This document shows positions 8,623 to 16,932 of a DNA stretch of 42,311 nt, one piece after another. Source of the stretch: an uncultured euryarchaeote (lineage in GTDB: Archaea > Thermoplasmatota > Poseidoniia > Poseidoniales > Poseidoniaceae); the NCBI GenBank assembly GCA_963991835.1, contig CAXDRT010000002.1:1-42311 (forward strand), in the 5' to 3' direction. How positions within the stretch are numbered: the stretch's first letter is position 1; every line of letters starts with the position of its first letter. The notes under the pieces are model-generated. The model searched no databases and was not told the DNA's origin. It was given only the letters and a program-made list of their open reading frames with translations. A program made the position numbers and the translations under genes.

Positions 8623-9081
8623 ATGGGTGTTCTTCCAGATCTTCTGGTCTTTATTCCGAATTCATTTATTGTTGGAGATCGACCCGAAATTGATGAAAAT
8701 ACGGTCACTGCTGACTTGGGTTGGTATGCATGGGAAGCATATCAAGTCACACATAGCTTGGTTTGGATGACAATTGGATTCCTCTTTACATGGATCTTTT
8801 TTGAGAAGAGAGGCGTATCTCGTCGTTTGTTTACCAACGATTCACTGTCTGCTAGGGATGCTGCTATGTGGATGTGGTTGCCTTGGCTTATTCACATCAT
8901 TAATGACATTCCAACACATACCGCAGCGTTCTTCCCAACACCATTCCTTGCACCGTTTAGTGATATTCACTTTGATGGATTACGATGGAGTACACCGTGG
9001 GTCTGGTTTACCAATCTTGCAATCATCATCGTGATTTGGAGTTCGATTTTCTACAAGAAAAAGCGAATGAATGCATCATAG
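8623..9081 (+). CDS. Membrane-bound metal-dependent hydrolase, YdjM/DUF457-like (the ATG-to-stop ORF lacks the family N-terminus, which lies upstream behind an in-frame TGA)
   Basis: GVLPDLLVF, QVTHSLVW and IHIINDIPTHTAAFFPTP correspond to the LLPDIDH, FTHSLL and SHILADMLTP landmarks of E. coli YdjM. The same reading frame upstream reads ATG 8548 MDVVSHWFMGSGATH, then TGA (8590-8592), then RTKFWGAGA before the annotated Met. Confidence 0.55.
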   Translation: MGVLPDLLVFIPNSFIVGDRPEIDENTVTADLGWYAWEAYQVTHSLVWMTIGFLFTWIFFEKRGVSRRLFTNDSLSARDAAMWMWLPWLIHIINDIPTHTAAFFPTPFLAPFSDIHFDGLRWSTPWVWFTNLAIIIVIWSSIFYKKKRMNAS

Positions 9082-9471
9082 GAACGGTATCAAAGCATCA
9101 ACTGCAGCCGTAGCGTGAGGACCTAACCGTGGCTTGATGTGCTCAGGTTGAGCCCCAGGTCCGATGATGCCCAAACCAATTGGCTTGTCATGAACGAGTT
9201 GTAATTCGAGAATGGTTTTTACAACGGCTTGTCCCATTGCAAGTCCATGATCCGTTTCTCCTTTTTCGATAATTCCTAAGCAAAATGCACCTGCAACTTC
9301 TTCATCGGAAAGCACTCTATCGAGGGCAAGTGGTATTTCCATGCATCCTTGAACCCGAATAACATCAGATATTGTCAAATCAAGATCTTCGGCTTGCGAG
9401 GTCGCAATTGTGAGCATTCGTTCAATTTCTTCTGAGTGATACATAGCGCATACTGCAACAATATTTGTCAT
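9076..9471 (-). CDS. ribH: 6,7-dimethyl-8-ribityllumazine synthase (archaeal type)
   Basis: VQGCMEIPLALDRVL...LGIIEKGETDHGLAMGQAVVKTILELQLVHDKPIGLGIIGPG lines up with Methanocaldococcus lumazine synthase (VPGVFDMPLAVKKLL...IGCVIEGETEHDEIV...YDKPVTLGISGPG). Its 3' end overlaps the convergent gene by 6 nt. Confidence 0.85.
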   Translation of the reverse strand: MTNIVAVCAMYHSEEIERMLTIATSQAEDLDLTISDVIRVQGCMEIPLALDRVLSDEEVAGAFCLGIIEKGETDHGLAMGQAVVKTILELQLVHDKPIGLGIIGPGAQPEHIKPRLGPHATAAVDALIPFL

Positions 9472-9473
9472 AA

Positions 9474-10073
9474 TTAATTCTCCTTTAGTACTCGTTCAAC
9501 AGTCTCCACAATCATCATGGTTGTTGAATCGATTTCGATGTTTACGGCATCCCCTGCTTGCTTCGAGCCAAGTGTTGTCAAGCGGAGTGTTTCGGGAATT
9601 ATATGAAGGTCAAACTCATTTTCAATGACCTCTCCAAGCGTCAGTGATATTCCATCAATACCGACATATCCCTTTGTTTGAATGTATTTCTGGATAGATG
9701 GTGGGGCTTTGATTTTCAATTGTGCGCCTTCACCAACACGCTCTGAATATGTAAGCAATCCACGGCCAATAATGTGCCCTGACAGGAGGTGTCCTCCAAC
9801 CTCATCACCATATCGAAGAGAACGTTCGATATTGACTTCATCATCGACAACTCGTTCACCAAGTGTTGTTCGTTCCATGGTTTCAGGTATGATGTCAAAG
9901 GTCACAAGTTTATCCTTTATTGAGGTCGCAGTTAAGCAAACACCGTCGATTGCTACACTTGCACCGATGGCGAGGTGTTGAGTATCTGGACAGGCAATTG
10001 AAAACGTTGTGATTCCATTACCTTCCTGAATGGATTTGATAACACCCAATCCTTGAACAATACCAGTAAACAT
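9474..10073 (-). CDS. ribE: Riboflavin synthase, bacterial/eukaryotic MFTGIV type (two-barrel alpha chain)
   Basis: Has the hallmark N-terminus MFTGIVQGLG and an internal duplication (GASVAIDGVCLT / GYVGIDGISLT). The ATG at 10073 overlaps the ribL stop as TGATG. The track start at 10076 is a GTG one codon upstream. Confidence 0.92.
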   Translation of the reverse strand: MFTGIVQGLGVIKSIQEGNGITTFSIACPDTQHLAIGASVAIDGVCLTATSIKDKLVTFDIIPETMERTTLGERVVDDEVNIERSLRYGDEVGGHLLSGHIIGRGLLTYSERVGEGAQLKIKAPPSIQKYIQTKGYVGIDGISLTLGEVIENEFDLHIIPETLRLTTLGSKQAGDAVNIEIDSTTMMIVETVERVLKEN

Positions 10074-10519
10074 CACTGTTCACCGCCTTTAGCACGGGAA
10101 AGAATTCGAGCGATAATCTTCCTTGTCCCATCAAGATCGTCACTCAACCCCTCTACTCGAACAACTTCTATAGATTCAAAACCACGTTCTTGCAATGCGA
10201 TTTTTATCCTGTCCTCAGCGTGTTCCTGATCATAACCTAGAGCAATTACATCAGGTTCGACTAGAGGGAGGATGTCGAAGATTGGAACGTCTGGGGCGTT
10301 TCCAATTCTCGCTTCATCAACCGGCTTTAATCCTTCAACCATACGGCGCCTTAGGTCTTGATTGGTGACAGGTTCATGCTTTCGAATACGTACAGTATCA
10401 TCATGAGCAACAACAACTGTGAGATGGTCACCAAGAGCCTTAGCTTGCTCGAGATAGTGAAGATGTCCTGCGTGGAGAAGATCAAAAACACCGACTGCCA
10501 TGACCTTACGCATTGTCAT
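10073..10519 (-). CDS. ribL: FAD synthase, archaeal RibL type (cytidylyltransferase-fold FMN adenylyltransferase)
   Basis: 148 aa. VMAVGVFDLLHAGHLHYLEQAKALGDHLTVVVAHDDTV carries the (H/T)xGH nucleotidyltransferase motif. Size and layout match MJ1179-type RibL, and the gene sits inside a riboflavin operon. Confidence 0.85.
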   Translation of the reverse strand: MTMRKVMAVGVFDLLHAGHLHYLEQAKALGDHLTVVVAHDDTVRIRKHEPVTNQDLRRRMVEGLKPVDEARIGNAPDVPIFDILPLVEPDVIALGYDQEHAEDRIKIALQERGFESIEVVRVEGLSDDLDGTRKIIARILSRAKGGEQ

Positions 10520-10528
10520 CCCTCAGGT

Positions 10529-11263
10529 TCAAGCAGATGCATCTGCTTTTTGAGATTGCTCATGAAATGCAGCGATTACTTCTGCTCCTTCTAAGAATGG
10601 AATGTTTCGCTCCTCTGCCCATTTGCGAGCATCAGAAACAGAAAGAGCACCATCCCCTTCTGGCTGCAACATTTCTGCACCGATGACGACAGGGACAAGA
10701 TTTGCAAGTCGTGCGAGTCCAACTGCGAGTTCGGTATGTCCTTGTCGAGTATCCAATCCCCCAGAAGATTCCCTGCAAACAGGGATATGACCAGGGGTTC
10801 TAAATTCAGCACCCATTCGCTCCTGCGCTTCTGTTTCGCTAAGATTTTCTTCAAGCACTGTCTTACTCAGTTCGGCAAATCGACGTGTTGTGAGAGCACG
10901 ATCATGGTCAGTAATTCCTGTGTATGTCTCTCGGTGATTCAACGAGAGGGTAAAGGCAGATCTTGAGTCATATCGTAAATCATTGGTTTTCAATACAGAT
11001 AGGATGGGATATTGATTCATCAGAGCATCATGCGTGTGCAAGTCTTGAAGGAATGGGAGGCCAAAGACTTCTCCGACATCGTGCCCTACTGCAAGAAACA
11101 GAAGCCCTCCACAATCCTTTCGAAGTTGTCGCATTGTACTCGGCTCAGCATAGAGTGCTGGAAACAGTAAGTCTGTCTCTCCCTCTCGTTTATCTGAATC
11201 GAAGAGGCAAACGGGATTTCCATCACGAAACGCTTGTAATGCAGCATCAATGTTACCGGACAT
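10529..11263 (-). CDS. ribB: 3,4-dihydroxy-2-butanone 4-phosphate synthase (stand-alone, archaeal-like)
   Basis: DSDKREGETDLLFPA, SLNHRETYTGITDHDRA, FRTPGHIP and RQGHTELAVGLARLANLVP are collinear with M. jannaschii RibB. Start chosen at ATG 11263 (MSGNIDAAL); the track ORF begins 18 codons earlier. Confidence 0.9.
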   Translation of the reverse strand: MSGNIDAALQAFRDGNPVCLFDSDKREGETDLLFPALYAEPSTMRQLRKDCGGLLFLAVGHDVGEVFGLPFLQDLHTHDALMNQYPILSVLKTNDLRYDSRSAFTLSLNHRETYTGITDHDRALTTRRFAELSKTVLEENLSETEAQERMGAEFRTPGHIPVCRESSGGLDTRQGHTELAVGLARLANLVPVVIGAEMLQPEGDGALSVSDARKWAEERNIPFLEGAEVIAAFHEQSQKADASA

Positions 11264-11386
11264 AAACCGCGGTTTCTTTTCACCTTCATGAACCGTCGTA
11301 TTGGAGAGTATGTACACAAATCCGGCAAACGGATGACGGAAAGGGGTTAATGCAGGGAACTGTTTGGCTTTGATTCGCGGGGTGGA

Positions 11387-12541
11387 ATGATGGGAGTAAA
11401 ATTGGGACCTGCTGGAGTACCTTTGTCATGCAAAGGGCGTACGATTGTTGAAGGAATGGATGACATCATAGCACTTGGTCTTGAGACCATGGAAGCACAA
11501 ACTGTTCGACTCATTCAACCTCAACATTTCGAGCAATACTGGCAAGCAGGCGTTCTTGCAAACAAAGCTGATTTCGAAATGAACATTCACGGACCATACT
11601 ATGCTGAACTCCTTGGAAATCGAGTTTCTCGTGGGCGATCTCTTGCAAAGATTGAGGCAACGCTCCAAGCAGCTCGAACCATCAATGCACGTCACATCAC
11701 ACTCCACGCTGGTCACTACGGCGATTTCGGAAAAGGAACTGCTGCTAACGAACAAGTTGCTAACATCTTTTCCAGTGTTGTTCAACGCGTTCATGACATC
11801 TGGCACGACGATGAAGATGAATTTCCTGTGTTTCCTTGGATTAAAGACGGTACTCCGTCAAAGATTGGAATTGAAACATCAGGACGGCAAGAATTGTGGG
11901 GAAGTCTTGAGGAAGTTCTCGAAGTCGTGAATCACGTTGAAGGAACAATTCCTGTCCTCAATATTGCACACATACACGCTCGTGGACATGGACGAATGAA
12001 GACCTCTGAAGACTATGGCGAATTGTTTGATATGGTTCGAGAGTCCATAGGTACAAAGGAATTCTATTGTCACTTTTCTGGAGTTGAACATCGAACTGGA
12101 AATGCGATGCACTACACTCAAATCAAGAAGTCTGACCTCAACTTTGAACCACTTGCAGAATTTATTGTCGAAGACGGAGGATGGTTGGATATCACCCTCA
12201 TTTCCGATTCACCTCTTCTTGAGCACGATGCAATGTACATGCTACAGAATATTGACAAAGCCAAACACAAGCAACTCGAGCGAAAAGCACGAGAAGATCG
12301 TCGAAGAGCACTTGCTGCTCAAACTGGAACGTCTGTCGAAGATATTCAGCGTCGAGAAGAAGAGATGGCAAAACTCCGCCAAGGTGGCGCTGCAGAACCT
12401 GTTGCAGAAGAACCCGTTGTAGAACCGGTAAAGGAAGAGAAAAAGCCAGAAAAGAAACCGAAGAAAGCTGCTTCGAAGAAGAAGGAAGCCAAAGAAGAGG
12501 ATTTCTCTTTTGAAGAAGACGACGATGATGATTTATTCTGA
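11387..12541 (+). CDS. AP endonuclease family 2 / endonuclease IV-like TIM-barrel protein with a long Lys/Glu-rich tail ending in an acidic-aromatic tip
   Basis: The motifs NIHGPYY, ITLHAGHYG, IGIETSGRQELWGSLEEV, NIAHIHARGHG and CHFSGVEH follow the order of the endonuclease IV metal-binding motifs but are divergent. The last ~95 aa are low complexity (EEKKPEKKPKKAASKKKEAKEEDFSFEEDDDDDLF). Confidence 0.6.
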   Translation: MMGVKLGPAGVPLSCKGRTIVEGMDDIIALGLETMEAQTVRLIQPQHFEQYWQAGVLANKADFEMNIHGPYYAELLGNRVSRGRSLAKIEATLQAARTINARHITLHAGHYGDFGKGTAANEQVANIFSSVVQRVHDIWHDDEDEFPVFPWIKDGTPSKIGIETSGRQELWGSLEEVLEVVNHVEGTIPVLNIAHIHARGHGRMKTSEDYGELFDMVRESIGTKEFYCHFSGVEHRTGNAMHYTQIKKSDLNFEPLAEFIVEDGGWLDITLISDSPLLEHDAMYMLQNIDKAKHKQLERKAREDRRRALAAQTGTSVEDIQRREEEMAKLRQGGAAEPVAEEPVVEPVKEEKKPEKKPKKAASKKKEAKEEDFSFEEDDDDDLF

Positions 12542-12632
12542 TTCGGTGACTTCATTACACACAAGAAACCAATTCTTGGACCTAAGATTGTAGGCAATGC
12601 ACATAAGTGCAAGGATATCGAGGATTAACCTC

Positions 12633-13631
12633 ATGGCACATATCGCAGTTTTAGGATTAGGTAATTGGGGGACGGCTATTGCACGACTTTGGCTCCTTGA
12701 AGGTCACAGTGTGAAAGGATGGACAATCGAACAAGAAGTCTATGAGTCCATCATGATGGACGATGTAAATCGAAAATACCTTCCAAATCAATCTGTTGAA
12801 GGTTTGGAAGTGACAATGCGGCTCGAAGAAGCGATGGAAGGCGTTGAAATTGTGGTCTTAGCAATTCCATCTTCAGTGATTCTCAACGTTGTAAACGATG
12901 TCATTCCTCATCTTAGACCGGGGCATGTTCTTCTCGACTTAGCGAAAGGACTCGCCCCTGGTAAGCGACTCATTTCAGAAGCCATTCATGAATCTCTTCG
13001 TGAAGCTGGTTGTTCAAATCCTCTTGCAGTGCTTACTGGACCAACCATTGCTCCAGAAGCAGCAAGTGGTGTAATGACGACTGCTCTTGTAGCATCTGAG
13101 GATGTTTCCGTAGCAAAGCGATTAGCAGAGACACTTTCTACGCCTACGCTTCTTCTTCATGCTGCATCCGATCCAGAAGGTGCAGAACTTTGGGGAGCGT
13201 TCAAGAACGTCGTCGCACTTGCTTGTGGACTTGTTGATGGTTTGAAGACAACAGGCACGCTTGGCGGTGACAATCTCAAGGCTGCTATTTTTAGTGCTGG
13301 ATTCAAAGAAGGATGTATTCTCCTACCACTCCTAGGAGCAAAGGCCGAGGTTGCATTTGGACCAGCTGGTCTTGGAGACATGTACGTAACATCAACCTCT
13401 CCTTTCGGCCGAAACAGATCGATGGGGGAAAAACTTGGAACTGGATTGTCCCTTGAAGAGGCACTCGAAGAAATGACAATGGTTGCTGAAGGCGTTCGTG
13501 CTGCTCGTATGTTCAGAGATCGAGCAATTGACCAATCGATTAACATTCCATTCACAAAAGCGCTCAATACTCTGCTTGACGGTGATATCGATGCAGAAGA
13601 GTGTTGTCGCAGAATGGTTCTCTTGGGCTAG
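12633..13631 (+). CDS. gpsA: NAD(P)H-dependent sn-glycerol-3-phosphate dehydrogenase (bacterial GpsA type)
   Basis: MAHIAVLGLGNWGTAIA (Rossmann motif), LAKGL, LTGPTIAPE, GAFKNVVALACG, GLGDMYVTSTS..RNR and VAEGV are collinear with E. coli GpsA. GAGGA lies 9 nt upstream of ATG 12633. Confidence 0.88.
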   Translation: MAHIAVLGLGNWGTAIARLWLLEGHSVKGWTIEQEVYESIMMDDVNRKYLPNQSVEGLEVTMRLEEAMEGVEIVVLAIPSSVILNVVNDVIPHLRPGHVLLDLAKGLAPGKRLISEAIHESLREAGCSNPLAVLTGPTIAPEAASGVMTTALVASEDVSVAKRLAETLSTPTLLLHAASDPEGAELWGAFKNVVALACGLVDGLKTTGTLGGDNLKAAIFSAGFKEGCILLPLLGAKAEVAFGPAGLGDMYVTSTSPFGRNRSMGEKLGTGLSLEEALEEMTMVAEGVRAARMFRDRAIDQSINIPFTKALNTLLDGDIDAEECCRRMVLLG

Positions 13632-13726
13632 TGTCTCGTTTGAGAAGTTGTTGGATAAGGCAATTGTCCAAACTCCATCACTGTCCTTTAACAAACGGTT
13701 AAGAGTAATTGAGTTAGGAAGTTAAC

Positions 13727-14755
13727 ATGGGCAAACGGGGAGTGCTTCTAATCAACGTAGGAACACCCGATGAACCTACGATACCTTCCGTAAAAAAATA
13801 CCTAAAAGAATTTCTTTTAGATCCAGATGTAATCGACATCCCCGCACCTCTTCGACACCTTTTGGTTAGAGGTATTATCCTTCGTGTACGTCCTAAGAAA
13901 ATTGCGCCATTATATCAAAAAATATGGATGGAAGAAGGTTCTCCGCTACGAGTTTACTCAGGACGGATTACGACCTCGCTGAATGAAATGTTTGATGACA
14001 CAGAATTCGAATTCAGCATGCGATACGGTAACCCAAGCATTAGTGCCGGACTTGCTAAACTTCAGGCAGCAGGAGTTGATGAACTCCTTTTGTTACCTAT
14101 GTTCCCGCATTATGCTCAAGCAACGACTGAATCATCACTAAAACACGCCCGTAAGCAACTCGCTGCAATGGACTGGACGCCATCTCTTCTTGAGATGCAA
14201 CATTTTGAGACTGAAGAAGAATATACAACTCCTCTAGCCAATTCAATACAACCTCACATTGACAACGACACACACCTTTTGTTTTCTTATCATGGCTTAC
14301 CAATATCTCACGTAAAACGGATTGATAAGTCTAAAAAACACTGTCAGAAAACTGATGATTGTTGTTCTATAAAATGTGATGCCAATCACCTTTGCTACGC
14401 TCATCATTGCATGGAAACAACGCTATCGGTGGTTGCAAAACTTGGACTCGAAATGGATGCATGGTCTTTGAGTTATCAAAGTCGATTAGGTCCTGTAAAA
14501 TGGCTCGAACCATCAACGATGAACAAGGTGGAAGAACTCGTAAAACGAGGTGTGAAGAAGTTAGCAATCGTCGCACCAGCATTCCTCGCAGATGGATTAG
14601 AAACACTTGAAGAACTCGATATTGGCATACGCGAACACTTCTACGAACTTGGAGGAGAAGAACTCACAGTCATTGGATGCCTCAATGATGACAGTGAATG
14701 GATCGAAGGCCTCGGAGTCTTAATTGACAAAACATTCCAAACCGCATCAGCCTAA
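13727..14755 (+). CDS. hemH: Ferrochelatase with an internal cysteine-rich insertion
   Basis: GVLLINVGTPDEPT..VKKYLKEFLLDPDVI, LLPMFPHY, FSYHGLP, QSRLGPVKWLEP and AFLADGLETLEE are canonical ferrochelatase motifs. It has an extra segment, HCQKTDDCCSIKCDANHLCYAHHC. Confidence 0.9.
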   Translation: MGKRGVLLINVGTPDEPTIPSVKKYLKEFLLDPDVIDIPAPLRHLLVRGIILRVRPKKIAPLYQKIWMEEGSPLRVYSGRITTSLNEMFDDTEFEFSMRYGNPSISAGLAKLQAAGVDELLLLPMFPHYAQATTESSLKHARKQLAAMDWTPSLLEMQHFETEEEYTTPLANSIQPHIDNDTHLLFSYHGLPISHVKRIDKSKKHCQKTDDCCSIKCDANHLCYAHHCMETTLSVVAKLGLEMDAWSLSYQSRLGPVKWLEPSTMNKVEELVKRGVKKLAIVAPAFLADGLETLEELDIGIREHFYELGGEELTVIGCLNDDSEWIEGLGVLIDKTFQTASA

Positions 14756-16008
14756 ATCAAATCTGCTAAGCGCTCGGCCTCGGAGATTACGTGCGTGATT
14801 GAGACTCCTGAAAAACCCCAACCAGCCCGAACATAAGCGTATTTTTCCTTCGAGAGGGAAGCCATGTATCCAGGTAAATAGGATGGAATTTTTCGATCCC
14901 CAATATGCTGAAACAACACTGGCTCATGGGGTGAAATAAGGTTTCGAGCAGAATCGAGAAGTTCCATTGGGTCTCCTTTCCACCTTGAAGCAGGCACCAT
15001 GAGGCGAAACATTCGAGTTCCTTCTGGAGCTCGTTGAGATGAATGAACATCGCTTTCATGAAGAATTCCACTAATGGGTATGTTCGAATCGGGAATAAGG
15101 GTCCCATAGCCAGTTTGAATATGTGATACGTCTTCATTACGATAACCAATGGCATAGACCGATAGAGACGTGAAGACGTCTTTTGGACCAGAAGGAACCG
15201 TCCAAATTACCGAGGATTGTGGGACATTGTACTGAGAGGCTACATCTTCTGGAGAAGATGCATGAAAACCTGTTTTGAGAGAAACATTTGACATCGCTTC
15301 AAGGGTTGAAACCAATTTGTCAATGAGCGTTTTCATCCCACCAGATAGCGAGGCTACAGATCCTTTCCTAGGTGTGAAAAGAGGGTATGTCTTACGTATT
15401 TTCTTTTTCAACTTCGACCATTTGACAGGAGGGTTCCTTCCAAATTTTGTTAATGATGGGAATAAGAAATCAGCATCGACGTTTGCAGCAACATCATTCA
15501 CGATACCAAGCGTCATAGCATCAGCAATTTGTTCATTTGGAAGGACCTCAGCCACGGAACGACTTCCTTTGCGAGCATCAAGCATGGAGCGTCGTAGACG
15601 AAAAAGGCCAATCTTGAATGCAGTCTTCCATGAAAGTTGGTGTTGCTTTCCATCAATGTAAATCCATCTTTTATGTGCTAGAGGATTGGATTGAGAGAAC
15701 TCTTTGCCCAAATCTAGATCTTCTATCAATCTCCAAACAGAAGGATGGCTACGCGTGGCATTCACTGCAACATCGCACACCCACTCACCTTCTTTCCAGG
15801 TATCAATCACACCTCCGAATGTGTTGTTGGATTCAACAAGCGTCACCTGAATATCAGGTCGTTTGGATGCCAAACGATAGGCAATGGTCAATCCAGAGAG
15901 ACCACCGCCTACTATGACGACATGTTCGGAAGAATCGAAACCGTCTGGAACTAAGAAGGGGCGACGTAATTCATCGCCATGCCGAATCCATTCATCTGTT
16001 GAGTACAT
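14752..16008 (-). CDS. hemY: FAD-dependent protoporphyrinogen IX oxidase (HemY/PgoX family; coproporphyrinogen oxidase CgoX activity not excluded)
   Basis: Has the N-terminal FAD motif VVIVGGGLSGLTIAYRLA...VTLVESNNTFGGVI. It is 418 aa long and sits between hemF and hemH. Its stop overlaps the hemH stop by 4 nt (convergent genes). Confidence 0.8.
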   Translation of the reverse strand: MYSTDEWIRHGDELRRPFLVPDGFDSSEHVVIVGGGLSGLTIAYRLASKRPDIQVTLVESNNTFGGVIDTWKEGEWVCDVAVNATRSHPSVWRLIEDLDLGKEFSQSNPLAHKRWIYIDGKQHQLSWKTAFKIGLFRLRRSMLDARKGSRSVAEVLPNEQIADAMTLGIVNDVAANVDADFLFPSLTKFGRNPPVKWSKLKKKIRKTYPLFTPRKGSVASLSGGMKTLIDKLVSTLEAMSNVSLKTGFHASSPEDVASQYNVPQSSVIWTVPSGPKDVFTSLSVYAIGYRNEDVSHIQTGYGTLIPDSNIPISGILHESDVHSSQRAPEGTRMFRLMVPASRWKGDPMELLDSARNLISPHEPVLFQHIGDRKIPSYLPGYMASLSKEKYAYVRAGWGFSGVSITHVISEAERLADLI

Positions 16009-16020
16009 TGTATGAATTCC

Positions 16021-16932
16021 TCACTCAACCCAGTCGATTGGATTCTTCAGCAAGGTTTGCATACGTTCTTCCTCACTGTCGGGTTTAATTTCATGACAAT
16101 ATTCCCATCGAGCCGTGAGAGGAAGAGACATCAGTATGCTTTCTATACGCCCATTTGTTTTCAGGCCAAAGGTTGTGCCTCTGTCGTAAACGAGATTGAA
16201 CTCAACATATCTCCCGCGACGAACCTGTTGCCAGTCCTTGTGATGTTCATCATATTCCATATCTTTTCTACGTTCAAGAATAGGAAGATAGGATTCTAAA
16301 AACGATTCAGCGCAATCAGTAACAAAGGCGAAGCATGCTTCTTTGTTATCCCGAAGATCATCGAAAAAGATACCTCCTACTCCGCGTGCTTCCTGACGAT
16401 GAGGAATATGGAAATAATCATCACACCAGTCCTTGAACTTAGTATAATTAGCGACATCATGTCGGTCACAGACCTGTTTCAATGTTGAATGAAAGTGGAT
16501 AGCATCCTCTTCAAAAAGGTAACTCGGAGTGAGATCTGCACCTCCACCAAACCACCAACTCCCTTCTTTTTCTCCATTGCCTCGCTCGAAATATCGATAA
16601 TTTGCATGGACTGTTGGGGCCATTGGATTCTTGGGATGAAGGACCAAACTAACTCCTGTTGCGAAAAAATCGAGATCCTCATCAGCAAGGAGGTGGCCAC
16701 CTCCCATGGCTTTGGCTGCTTCAGGTTCGAGTGTTCCATAAACGACACTTACATTGACACCTGCTTTCTCAAAGACTGAACCTTCGGAGAAGACTCTGCT
16801 GCGTCCTCCGCCTCCCTCTTCTCGTTCCCAAATGTCTTCTCTGTAATCCGTTTCATCAATAAGGCACAATGCCTCACAAATTTCGTCTTGAATGCGGTAC
16901 ACCATGTCAATCATCAGTTGACGCATTCTCAT
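16021..16932 (-). CDS. hemF: Oxygen-dependent coproporphyrinogen III oxidase
   Basis: EREEGGGGRSRVFSEGSVFEKAGVNVSVVYG, HPKNPMAPTVHANYRYFE, WWFGGGADLTPSY, GVGGIFFDDL and RGRYVEFNLVYDRGTTFGL are classical HemF motifs. ATG 16932 overlaps the hemE stop as ATGA. Confidence 0.92.
   Translation of the reverse strand: MRMRQLMIDMVYRIQDEICEALCLIDETDYREDIWEREEGGGGRSRVFSEGSVFEKAGVNVSVVYGTLEPEAAKAMGGGHLLADEDLDFFATGVSLVLHPKNPMAPTVHANYRYFERGNGEKEGSWWFGGGADLTPSYLFEEDAIHFHSTLKQVCDRHDVANYTKFKDWCDDYFHIPHRQEARGVGGIFFDDLRDNKEACFAFVTDCAESFLESYLPILERRKDMEYDEHHKDWQQVRRGRYVEFNLVYDRGTTFGLKTNGRIESILMSLPLTARWEYCHEIKPDSEEERMQTLLKNPIDWVE

Noticed and set aside
11264-11386. Possible FMN riboswitch upstream of ribB
   Set aside because: The 123-nt divergent spacer is too short for one. 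Read on the ribB strand, it shows none of the conserved FMN-element segments I can recall. FMN riboswitches are also not expected in archaea.
12346-12612. 88-aa minus-strand ORF rich in Ser/Phe/Gly
   Set aside because: It is the reverse-complement shadow of the Lys/Glu-rich low-complexity tail of the endonuclease-IV-like gene.
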